DNA of 64,000 nt. Source: Guillardia theta CCMP2712 (taxonomy: Eukaryota; Protista; Cryptophyta). Position 1 is the stretch's first letter, and every line of letters starts with the position of its first letter. A program made the position numbers and the translations under genes. The DNA lies in contig NW_005434665.1 of NCBI RefSeq assembly GCF_000315625.1, forward strand, positions 384,848 to 448,847, given 5' to 3'. Positions 1-11,622 of the stretch are shown here, piece by piece. The notes beneath the pieces were generated by a model that saw only the letters and a program-made list of their open reading frames with translations, ran no database searches and was not told the origin of the DNA.

Positions 1-66
1 CCCCCCCCCCCCCCCCCCCTCCCTCCCTCCCTCCCTCCCTCCCTCACTCGGGCTCTTCAACGTCTC

Positions 67-555
67 CTACCTTGCTGGAGAACAAGTCCTCCGTTTTCTA
101 TCCGCACCTAGTGACCTCTCAGTCCATAGCGAAGGATTCACACGCGAAAGTGTCAATTTTCCCTCACTGCTGACAAACTCCACCACCACTACTGTTACCC
201 AGTCTGCATCACCTGATGTGGCTGTTCCAGGCGGGTCACTCGCACAGGACCAGAGGTCGTTGTCGTGACGTTGGGTCTGCGCAACAAGACAGTTGAGACT
301 GAAGTTCATCGAAAAGAACAGTTGAGTACAGTCTGGTGTCTCCGATTTCGTCTCCATCGTCGTCTGCCCGAATCATGATCAGACGAAGGATCGTTAAGAG
401 GTAGAATGTGTTTGCATGTTACCAAGGTTTGCAGCAAACTTGTCCCAGGCCTTGTACCGATCCATGCTCACCGATACTTTGGGTTTCCCTGGCAATTGCG
501 AATCAGTATTGCTGGAACTTGCTAGAACGGGAGTGTTTGTTGGTGATCCTCTCAT
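67..555 (-). CDS. 5' part of a spliced hypothetical protein gene (continues off the window's left edge)
   Basis: ATG at 555. Exon MRGSPTNT...MDRYKAWDKFAANL, then a GT-AG intron at 364-422, then in-frame DDDGDEIGDTRLYS. No family recognised. Confidence 0.45.
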
Positions 556-1027
556 AGCTACTGTCCTCCATCCTAGTCATGTCTGATGCCAGCATGTCGC
601 CCTCGTTCTCTGCGCATGGACCATGTCAGGCCCCTCCATCAGCCTTGCACCCCCCATGGAAGGCGGTCGAATCCGACTAGCATGCTGGGTGGTGGAACAA
701 TTTCTTTAGTCAACTTCGTCACATATAATGAATTTATCAGTCAAGTAGCTAAATGCCTGTCAAAGATACAAAAATATCAGTCAAGTGAATGATAAATTTA
801 GTCAACTGAAAAGGTACGGCTGTGTTTGCCGCAACAGGTCATGTAACGGTCAGGGAGGCCGTCGGGCGGCCGAGCAAGGAGAGGGGGATACGCGAGGAGG
901 ATCGAGGCAAGGAAGGAGAGGAACGAGCGCTGAAGGGGACGGGGAGCTGAGCTGAAGGTGCTGAACCCCAACGGCTCCTTGAACTTGTGATCCTGAACGC
1001 GTGTGAACGCGTGCCAGTCGTTTGAGG

Positions 1028-2824
1028 ATGAACGGAGACAAGCAAGACAAGCAGAAGCTTGCGCATGCTGCGGCTGTGAGAGCGAAGAAGTCTAAGAAAA
1101 AGGCATGGTGGGCCTTCAGCAGGAGCCAGATCATTGTCTCTGTTGCCGTCGTGCTGCTTGCGATTGGATATCACCTGTACAAGAACAGGACATCTATCTT
1201 CGGCAATGAGAAGAAGTCTCAGGCGAACGAGGCTCTTAGAATAGGGAACATCCACCTGGAGCAAGGAGATTTCACCACAGCAATCTACTACTATGAGCTG
1301 GCGACGAGGCTCTATCCCTCTCTGACTAGTGCCTGGACGAACATGGGAACAGCGCTTACCTCCCAGATGAGGCGCATGCTGAACAAGGAGCCGATCTACA
1401 AGAGGGCGGTGCAGGCGTACGAGAAGGCGCTCGAGGTCTCACCCTCGGACGTGGACGCTGCGTTCAACCTCGGAGTTCTGCACCAGTCGATGGAGAACGT
1501 GGACCTGGCCATCCCATGGTACAAGAAGGCCCTCAGCCACGACCCCAAGCATTTCGATGCCCTCGGAAACCTGGGCAGCGCGCTTCACAAGAAGTCCGAT
1601 CTCGATGCAGCCATAAAGGCCTACATGGAGGCCATTGAGATTGTACGGGAGCTCGATCAATCGCTTGTCGACCAGCAGCAGGTCTCGATGCTCTATTATC
1701 TCGCCGGCGCTGCGTTCTCGTCTAAGCCTGCGGAGAGCTGCGGCGAGGTGAATTGTATGGAAGAAGCTGTGGAGAAGCTCAAGCTCTCCTTGCAACACAA
1801 CCCGAAGAACGAAGAGGCCAAGCACGCTCTCTCCGCCTTGATCGCTGACCCCAACGTCACCGCGGCCTCCAACGATTACATCAGCACGCTATTCAACGAG
1901 TACGCGGCCACGTTCGACAAGTCTTTGGTGCAGGACCTCAACTACACGGTACCGCAGCAGATGAGTGACGTCATCGCCACCGTCATGACGCAGAAGCGCG
2001 TGAAGAGCTTCAACAAGGTGGTGGACGTCGGATGCGGCACGGGCTTGCTGGGCCCTTATCTTCGGAATGTCTCCACCTCCTTGATTGGCATCGACTTGTC
2101 CGTGGAGATGCTTGAGTATGCTCAGCAGCGCCAAGTGTACGACATGCTGTACATCGGAGAGATCAACTCGACTCTACAGCTGTGGCAGAACAAGTCAGAC
2201 ACAGAGAACTTCCGGCAGCTCGACCTCATTACCGCAGCTGATGTGTTTGTGTACGCCGGGGACCTGCAGCCTTACTTCCAGTCTGCAGCAGCTTCACTGA
2301 AGAGGAACGGATGGTTTGTCTTGTCGCTTGAGCGTCTCGAGAAGAACGAGTCGGCAGCAGAGGACACAAATGCTGCCGAGCCTGCGGCTGAGGCTTCCGG
2401 TGCGTCTTTCGGGCTCATTTAACTTGTATGTTGTTGATCAGATCACAGGAGAGGCGAAGGGGATGAAAAAATACTCCGTGACTGATGCAGATCTTAAGAA
2501 AGGATGGAAGCTGCAGCTGTCAGGCCGCTTTGCTCACACACGAGCGTATGTGGTCGAGCTCGCGAAGCAGCATCACTTCCAGGTTCGTGTTGCTCGTTGA
2601 GAGATTCTCTTCTCCTTCTCTTCTTCTCGTTCCAAGCTCCCTCCTCTTATTTGGATCTAAACTCCCCTGCCTGTGCACAATCTTCGATAGCTTCCCTTTT
2701 CTGATTTCAGGAACTCTTCTCCTGACCTGCAATTGTGCAGGTGCTGTACCACGAGAATATAATCCCGAGAAAAGACAACATGGTAGATGTGCAGGGCCAA
2801 CTTCTGGTGCTTCAAGGTGATTGA
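1028..2824 (+). CDS. TPR-repeat SAM-dependent methyltransferase (COG4976-like) with N-terminal membrane anchor
   Basis: Hydrophobic IIVSVAVVLLAIGY, several TPR repeats, LFNEYAATFD..LV..LNY, motif I VVDVGCGTG, DLITAADVFVYAGDL and LQLSGRFAHT. Two introns (~2400-2441, ~2583-2740); last exon VLYHENI...QGD*. Confidence 0.85.
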
Positions 2825-3182
2825 CTCTTGCGCCAAGACTCTGCTAACTCTACAACAGTCACAAAGTAAGTGAAAGAGAGAGAACAAATAATCTCGATTC
2901 ATTCTTCAAATTCATCGTTGTAGTCCCTTTGGTGCTCCCTTCATAGAAAAATGAAGTTCCACCCAAAAATAAGTTTGATTCATCCTGGTCTTAACAACAC
3001 ACCCTAGCAGTTCTCCATCTGCTACTCCCCCCCCTACCAGTCCCCCGCCTGGTCGAAAAATAATATACTCCCGTGTCATAATTGCTTGCTTCCGTAGTCG
3101 TCCTTGACCAGATCATACTCTTCTCATTCCCTTACATCACTAAACTCCAGGCATCCCCTGTGGATGAAAAGTTCACAGGATT

Positions 3183-4641
3183 CTACGGGACAGCATCAGA
3201 ATCGTAAGATATCCCCATTTCCTTCACCTGAGGCCTTGTGTTTCTCAACACGAACACCGGCTGAGGAGCGATGATGACCGTGTCTTGCAACATATCTGGG
3301 TTCAATCCCAGTATCCGCTCCACAGTCCATCTGCAGAGGTCGTCAGCCCAGTGGATTGTTGACATTGACTTGTGAAGGACAGAACCCTCGCTGAACTTAC
3401 CTTGAAAGAAGTTTGGTCAACCTATACTCCCCATACACCCTGTGGCAGTTCCATACCACCAGGTCCCTTCCCACAGGGATGGCCAGGAGCAGAATTCCTC
3501 CCTCCTCCAAGATATCCTCAAGCTGCCTCATTGCGCGAAAGTCTCCTTGAGGATCAAGAGGGTCCCCGTAGCGGCCGAGGCCGTCGTGCTCGATGGAGGA
3601 GATGGAGAAGCCGACTTTGAACTTCTGCCGACCCTCTCCGAGCCCCCAGTACTCGTCGGGCGTGACGGTTGTGATGCCAGGATAATGATGGTCTACCTCG
3701 TTGTACTCGATCGTGTATGCATGGCTCGCGCCGTGCTCTAGCGCAAAGATCTCATACCACGGCACCAGACTGCCGATTATCACCACGTCCTGACCCTGCA
3801 TTGTCTCCCACACACCACCCTCGCTGTCGTCATCGAACAGCTCGTACAACATCGCGTCGACATCCGCGTAATTCGTTCCTGCCTGTCGTCGTCTCACCAT
3901 CTGCTTCAGCTCTTCGAGCACGTACTTGGGGAAGCTGTAGTAGATGCTCGGAACGCTGTCGTCTCGATACTTGTAAGCCGGCCCGATCTCGTAGTCATCG
4001 AGGTACTCGGCTTCCAAGTGATCTGGCATGTAACGAGGAGGACGGCTGCGAGGGTTTGGGAGCCTCTTGTGCTCCTCGACGTCTATGAGCAGCTTCTCCA
4101 CATGAACTTCGCACGGGACATTAGACGTATCATTGTGTACATAACAGAACGGCATCAACTCGGAGCTCAGGCAACAAGTTTGCATCGCGACGAAGCGCAG
4201 ATCCTGCCCTGTCTCCCACTTGACAGGGATTTGTTGAGAGTTGGAGTCTGTGAGGATTGTCTGTATGTAGATATCCGGAGCGAAATAGGACAGCGACTGG
4301 ATTGCAGACTTTATCACCTCGTCCTTCAACATGTCGATCAGATTTTGACGATCTTCTGAAGTCAAGTGAGAGTACAAGTGAGGGTCACTGATAAGGTGAG
4401 CAAAGGCCTGGTACGACCTCAGGGTCTGGTTGTTCTCGAAGAATTTCAGCCTAGTCTCTGCTCCCTTGTGCAGGTATTGCCACGGGTCCAGAACATCGAA
4501 GTCTGAAGGACCCGCTGCGACATGGCAAAGGGAGGCCACCAGGGAGAAAGCGACCAGCAGCATGCTGACAGCAGCATCTGTCCACCTCATCCTACCATGA
4601 TCGCTGCTCTTAACCACTGCCGCCATCATCCCCGCCGACAT
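3183..4641 (-). CDS. DUF268-family methyltransferase-fold protein with signal peptide/anchor
   Basis: IGSLVPWYE, TIEYN, SSIEHDGLGRYGDPLDP.GD and PVGRD.VVWN.HRVYG..RL are DUF268 hallmarks. An intron at ~3331-3400 joins the last exon ending QPVFVLRN...*. Confidence 0.8.
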
Positions 4642-4806
4642 GGCCGTACTGTTACTCCATGCCTGTCACTGAGTGTCGAAGAAACAAACCTTGCGGCTCT
4701 CTGAGGCGGGGGTGAGTAAGGTATGTTATCTAAAATGTTTGATCAAATAATTGAGTAAAGCTCACCGGGAGGTCCAACGGCCCATGCAGCATTGCAAGCT
4801 GAGGTG

Positions 4807-5031
<225 letters not shown>

Positions 5032-5287
5032 TAGTTGATAAACACACAAAGGAAGAGAGAGAATGATTGTTCTCCAAGAAGAAAGCAAGGCATGATGATT
5101 TGTGCAACCCCTTCAGATTATTGATTGATTCTTTCATAGAGCAAGAGAAAGGGTTTTGGAAGACTCAATACTGCAGAGAGGCTATAGTTGAACTGTCAAT
5201 GATGGAACTGATGTATTTTTTTTCACGTCTGTAGGTCTTGAAATATTGGGCCATGATCTCATCTACTACTATCATCGCTGTTTGAGA

Positions 5288-7893
5288 ATGCCTGTCGGAA
5301 TTATCCCCCAACGGGGAGGGGTGAAAACCTCCAACGAACGAGATGAGCCAAAGTCGCAGAATGGCTTTGCCAACAGCGTCATGAGCAGCGTTGGGGTCTA
5401 CACGCGTGAGAGAAGATCCATCCACAGCTTTCGCCTCAAAGAGCCGGAGACTCCGAGGACTGGACGACCTTCTAGTCGGGCGTTGCGGGCGCCAACCCCG
5501 AAATTCAACGAGAAGGAGAGGAGTCTCATCGACCATCTGGACCAGCAGACGTATGAGGAGCTACAGAACTTGAACAGCAGGCTGCAAGAAGCGAAGTCGA
5601 GGCATCTTCTTGAAATCAAGAAAGCGAGTGAGGAAAAGATAGAAATGGAGAGAGAGCTGGAAAAAACCTTGATGCAATTGTCCAATGCAAAGCAGAAAGG
5701 TCAGGATATCATGCAATCGCTCAAGAACGACAGGAGATTTCTGTCCACAGTCATGCTCAAGTACAAGACTCTCATCTCCAAGTTCGAGGCTCAGAAGCTG
5801 ATGGCAGATCTAACAGACACAGAGGAGATTTCTTCTCTACGGCAAACGCTGGCAGACCTTCGAGCTCAGATGTCTCAGGCTCAGAGTTTGGCAAAGATCC
5901 TCAAGAACTTGGAGCAAACAAAAGTAGAGGCGAGCGAGCTCGCAAACCTCCTCTACTTTCACAAGGTAGACCTCGCACTTGTTCAGGCGGGGACCCGCAA
6001 GGCCATAGCAAAGGCGCAACTGCACAAGAACTCTCTTTTCCAGGCTCTGATTGAACTTGAAAAACGCATGCTGTCCGCAAAGCGGGACAGGGAGAGGCGC
6101 CTGACAGATCTCGTCGAATCCAGGAAGCTAACGAAACAGATGTCCATCGACGTGGAGGCTGAAGAGGAGGAGATCATCAGAAAGGAGATCTCGTGGTTGA
6201 GGGAGCAGCTGGACGATAGGGAAGGGAGTCTTTCCTCTTCCCCTGTCACTTCCACTGCGAACGTGAAGTCTGTCTCGGGGGACACCCTCCCGAACAGCCC
6301 GGGAGCGGAGGCCGGGTCCTCCCAGTACAAGTCTCAGATGACAATCCTCAAGCAACAGGTCGAAGGACTCGAGAAAGAGATCGCAGCGATAGGAGGTGAC
6401 AACGTCTGGTCCAAGTCTCTTTCCTCCAGCCCAGGTAGAGCTGGAAAAATCCGGCCTAGGCCCAGGACTGCCCATCTGCATGGAGACGATCGCTCGCAGA
6501 GCAACGAGGAGAGGGTGGCGAGGCTACAGGATCACCTTCTGAGGATCAAAGAACAAATCAGGAAGACAGAAAGCAACTTGGATAAGGAGCAGCAGGAGAG
6601 AGAGGCAGAGGAATACTTTCGCAGTCAGAACTCGGGGATCAGAGCGACGCTGAATATGGAGGCTCTGAATGATGAGAAACGGAAGATCACCGAAGACATT
6701 GAATGGTTTGAAGAACTGCTGGACAAAGCGGCCAATTCTGACAATGAGTCTTCGAACCGAATCACCAAGCTGCAAGAGCTACTGGAAAATGACCCGAGTC
6801 ACAGGAATATCTCGTCATCTATGGGCCAGGACGATCTCGCAAGTTGTAGACAAGACCTCAAGTCTGCTCTTATCTTAACAGAAGGAATCAACAACGATCT
6901 TCTTGAACAAGTTACGACGATGCAGCAGGATCAAGTTATGCATAGAATCTCAAGCTCTGAGTCAGGAGACAACGTCGGGTCGGGAGAAGATGGTGCTGGT
7001 GACGGGGTCTGTCTGACGACAGCGGGTGACAACTTCGGCGGCGCTAGCAAACGATCGGAAGGGAAGAAAGCTTCAGGTTGGCTATCGTTTACTATCATCA
7101 GACGAGTTGACGTTGAAGTTTTGATGTGAAAGACTCGAAAGAGACAGGTTACATGGATGCGCTGACTGCACAAGAGAAATCTTTGCTCCGCGAGGAGGTG
7201 AGCAAACGACGAGGAACGAGTTTCGAATTGATTTCTCGGCAGATCATGAGGGTCGAGATCGCTAGAATCCGTGAAGAGGTTCAGAGAGAAGAGGACAAGT
7301 TGAGAGAAGAGATTCGTGAGAAACTACGACGGAGGATTGAGATGGAGGAGGAGGAGAAGATGCAAAAGAACTCTTCCAGGAGGAACGTCAAGAAGGAAGA
7401 GACGCCTCGTGGCCTCCAGGTCTCTCCTAATCTTCTCTTGTACGACCTTCTCATGCTCACTCAGATGAAGTCGGCCCTTACCTCCGGTGATCCTAAGCAG
7501 AAGAAAGAGGTAATCCTCCTCCTCCACCACCACCATTGTACCCGCCTCCTCTTCTGCTTCCCTTCACTCCTATCTCCTCTCCTCTCCCTTAAGATTTTCT
7601 TCACTGTGCAGGTAGAAGACTATGCTGCCTACCTTGGGATCGACGCACAGCAGGAGCCTGAGTACCTCTGGATCGCCGAGATGGCGCTCATGGCGCCCCT
7701 TCCACCCGGCTGGACGGAGAACAAGGACTCGACAGGGAACGTCTTCTTCCACAACAGGTCACACCTCTCATCTCCTTCCTCTCCTCCTGATGATGCTGCA
7801 AGGTCCATGAGCTTGAGCTCATACGAACACCCTCTTGACCCAGCCTTCAAGTCATACTACAAGAAGTTGAAAGCTGCTCAGAGCAGCAACTGA
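5288..7893 (+). CDS. Long coiled-coil protein with C-terminal CEP164-type WW module
   Basis: Coiled-coil ORF 5246-7129 is joined by an intron (~7076-7148) to ORF 7126-7893. The C-terminus YAAYLGID...EYLWIAE.AL.APLPPGW.E..D..G.VFFHN...SSYEHPLD matches the CEP164 WW signature. Confidence 0.7.
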
Positions 7894-8474
7894 GTCTAAC
7901 AGATTCAGGGTTCCTACCTGACCTGATTCTGATTTAGTTCGATCCATGGCAGTTATAAGATGAGTTCGCTGAATGTAAACTAGATCTGGTTGTTTAATGA
8001 ATACATACTATCTACATCAAGTCACTTTTCGAATATCCGCAACACTCCTCCCTCCGCCTCTATATCCCATCCTCTCCTTCTTCCTTCACTCTATTCACTC
8101 TGCCTTCCATCCTCTGCTTCTTCCTTCACTCTGCCTTCCATTCTCTCCTTCAAATCTCCCCTGCTGTCCTCACTTCGCCTCGCCTCTTCTCCCTTGTTCC
8201 AACTTGTGTCTCGTAGAGCAAGGAAGCAGGTGTCACATTTTTCCTCTATATTTTTCTATGGCATAAATAAATTTAGAGACTTCTCTGCAGTTTCTACGAA
8301 CCATAAACTATAAACTTTGTTGGACGCAGTCAAAACTTAACTGAGAATTAAATTGAACTTTTATTGGATGCTACCCTGACAGGGGCGGGAAGAATCCAGG
8401 CGAAGGGGGAGATGGAGGGAGCGTAAGTGCGACATCTTAGAGGCGGAGAAGGGATGAGAGGAAGACAAGTCGAC

Positions 8475-9460
8475 ATGTTGAAAGTCATGTTGTTCTTGCT
8501 CCTCTCTGTTTCCGTTGAGACATCTCCTGCATTCGTGTCTGACGGATCCTTTACTCGGCTTCTCCTGCGAGACGGTGACAGCAACAGGCTTGTTTGTTGT
8601 CGGACGGCCCGATCATGCGCCATGGGAATGTCCGGAAACCACGGGATGGAACAGCTCCAATCCCGATTGCGGGAGATGGAGGAGAAATGCCAGCGGCTCG
8701 AAGGCGAGCTGAGCGCAGCAAGAGAACAGATGAAGATGTTGGAAGGGGAAGTGAGGCAGGCTGACTTGTCTCACTTGTCGGGACATGCTGTGATGCAGCA
8801 ACAAGGGTATGTAGAAGTAAAGGTCAGTGCAGATCCTACAAGTTTCGATCAACAAGGGACTGAATGAGCCCCGCAGGAATTGATCGATGTCGTAGAGGCG
8901 CTTACCGCCTGCCCGAGTTCGGGAGGCTGCCCATGGACAGCAGAACAAGGGGCGCTGGATGTGTTGGAGGTGATAGCAGTTTCGAGAGCTCATCCTCTTC
9001 TCTGACCATGAGGGTGCAGCATGCGCACAGCGAGCTGAGAGAAATCCATGAGGAACTGAGTCTAGGAAGTGCGTCACAACACTTTGCGCTTCAATCCGAG
9101 CTCGGGGATCTGCTCTTCAACGCATTTCTGCTAGTGAAGGTGGGGGAGGACGAGGAGAGGGATCCGAAGGTCTAACCTTCCGGTCTCAGATCTGCGAGCG
9201 GGATGGCATAGGCGGCTCCACGCTTGCTGGTGCTGCTGCATCAGCCAGCGCCAAGATACGTAGGAGGGCACCGTTTGTGTTCGGGGAGGGAGCAAGGCCG
9301 CTGACGCCGGAGGAGGCGTCAGCATTGTGGAAGAGCGTAATCCTTGCTGCTATGAAACTTCTCTTAGTGAACTTGTGAGGTGCAGGTGAAGGAGCAGGAG
9401 AAAGCTGGACTAATATCAACCATCCCTCCAACTGCCCTGTCCGATGACAACGGGCTGTAG
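8475..9460 (+). CDS. mazG: MazG-family nucleoside triphosphate pyrophosphohydrolase with bipartite (plastid-type) presequence
   Basis: Spliced reading: ELIDVVEAL...GGCPWTAEQ...SELREI...SELGDLLFN...AKIRRRAPFVFGE...EEASALWKSVKEQEK. N-terminal signal MLKVMLFLLLSVSVETSPA-F. Confidence 0.8.
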
Positions 9461-9773
9461 CAACAAATCCAAATCCACCGGACAGAACGTCTTTCGCACT
9501 TGCTTACAGTGAGATATTGGGGAGTGAGAAAGGTTTTCTCCAAATTTACATTCATTTAATATTCACTTGAGTTCTGAACATGTCACATCTACCCTTCCCT
9601 TCTTTCTCGATTTCACCGAACTTGCCTGACCACAAAGAAGGGAGTTACGGACTATCTAGGAGTTTCCCGTCCCTATTTCCCCTATCCTGTACATGGCACA
9701 TAAGTACACCAGAATAAAAATGCGAGGGGAATACCCTCTGTGATTGATGCTGCTCAACAGCCTTCAATATGAA

Positions 9774-11036
9774 TTAGTTGAATGTAAAAGACCCGTATGG
9801 CAGTTCAAGTGTCACCTGTAACTGTTCCTTCAGAAATTTGTATCTCGAGTAATCCTCCCTGATAGATCCAACCTCCTGCCAAAATCTGTCAGGGCCAAAC
9901 AGAGGATGTGCTGACTGTTCTTCACCTGATACGACTGCGGCTTCTGTCCGTGTTGCCTGATGAATTCGTCCTCAAAGCGTCGCAACTTGATCTTCAACGC
10001 TCGTTTCTCAGCCTGTCAAGTGTCACAGCCATATCGTACCAACCAATATATCCGAAAAACTTACCTTCAAAACCTTAACGTCTATTTCTTGTAGTTGATC
10101 CAAGGCGAGCTGTGAAGATGAAATCACTTGTTCAATCAAATAATCAGTTTTGTGTAACAAACCAGCTTATTTCCATTGTTTGTGTTCGCAGAAAGCGAAT
10201 CATCACCCTTGCTTGAACTTCGAACATCCAATGTTTGCATGCTTCTCTTTCGTTCCATTTTCACCTCTTCAGCTGCAATGTATGCCTTGAGCTGTTCAAT
10301 TTCAGATAAGCGCAAATCGGCAACAAGGCTGTGAAGGACCTGTTTATGGAATTCATACAACTTTCTCAAGCATTCCTTGTCCAACCTAGAGGGCTGTTGC
10401 CAAATATATGTCAGGAAAAAAATCAAAAGATACCAACTGGACCTGTCTCCCATAGAACTTCGTGAACTGTACATCAAACAGTTTTAGCTCTCTTTTCACC
10501 TGTTGCACCGTTAATTGTCATCAACCATCTTCGGTTCGTCAGCTACAGATTCTTTCTGCTGTCGAAGAGATTCAAGGGATTGATCATTGGTCTTTCCCTG
10601 AGACCCCATCATAGATACTCGCTTCCATGCATCCCTTGCAAATTCGTAACCTAGGGGGGCAGTGAGATGAGAAGCGAAAGCAACACAGGTGACAGCGATA
10701 CCGTCAAACGTATTGCTGCCCAGCTGAAATCGAAAGAAAGAATTCAAGAAAGGGGGGTTGTCGTGGAAGAGGCCAATGTTAATTACATTGAGTATTTCAT
10801 GGTCTATCAGCGATTCAACTTCAACTCCGTGGTGCGCGTGCTTCTCCATCGCAATATCGAATTCAATGTTACTTGTTGTCTTGCATATTACTGCATTTGC
10901 AGCAGAGTGTCGGGCTTCAGATCCACTCCATCACCGAGCTACCCATGCCCTTCAGCGTGATGTCGTCGATCAACTTCGCATCTTTTCCCACTCTGCAACA
11001 GCACAGCGTCATGACCACGAGGGGGGGTGGAGTCAT
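9774..11036 (-). CDS. Spliced hypothetical protein with FAM13-like C-terminal coiled-coil motif
   Basis: Exons in ORFs 10511-10849 and 10136-10477, plus AEKRALKIKLRRFEDEF and YSRYKFLKEQ. Start uncertain. Confidence 0.5.
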
Positions 11037-11622
11037 GAAAGATCAGACTTGTCACAATAATACCAATATCAGCATGACAACCAGTAGTTAGATCATCATA
11101 TTGTGCTGGAGGCTGTCAAGATTTCTTTAAAAACCATGGTGTTCTCCACAACATCCAATAGTTAGCTAACAGCCGACGATCAAGACGCTATCTTTCTCTT
11201 CCGCTGAGCATAAATATCAACCAACAGGAGATAACAGAAGCATTTTTCGTTGTTATTTCTCTCATCTTCTCGCATATCTTATCTCTCTCCATCTCTCTTG
11301 CTCTCCTCCCTATCTCGCTCTGATCATTTTCCCCTCGCCATTCAAAAACTCAACTCCGCTACCCTACCCCACCGACCAAATTCTTGTCAGCACGTACAAT
11401 CAATACCACCCCTACCCCTGTTTTCAACCCACCCCTGAATATGCCCCTCAATTCAACCTAGTAGACCTGATAGAATGCCCCCGTCCATATGGGGATTTTA
11501 GTACCCCTACCTCACAATATTCTAATTTGAATAACCCTACCCCTGTAAATGTTCCAGGTAAAATGTTTAAAAATATCAGCTTTGAATTAAAATATTCTTG
11601 TGTTGTTTTCAATTCTTATTTG

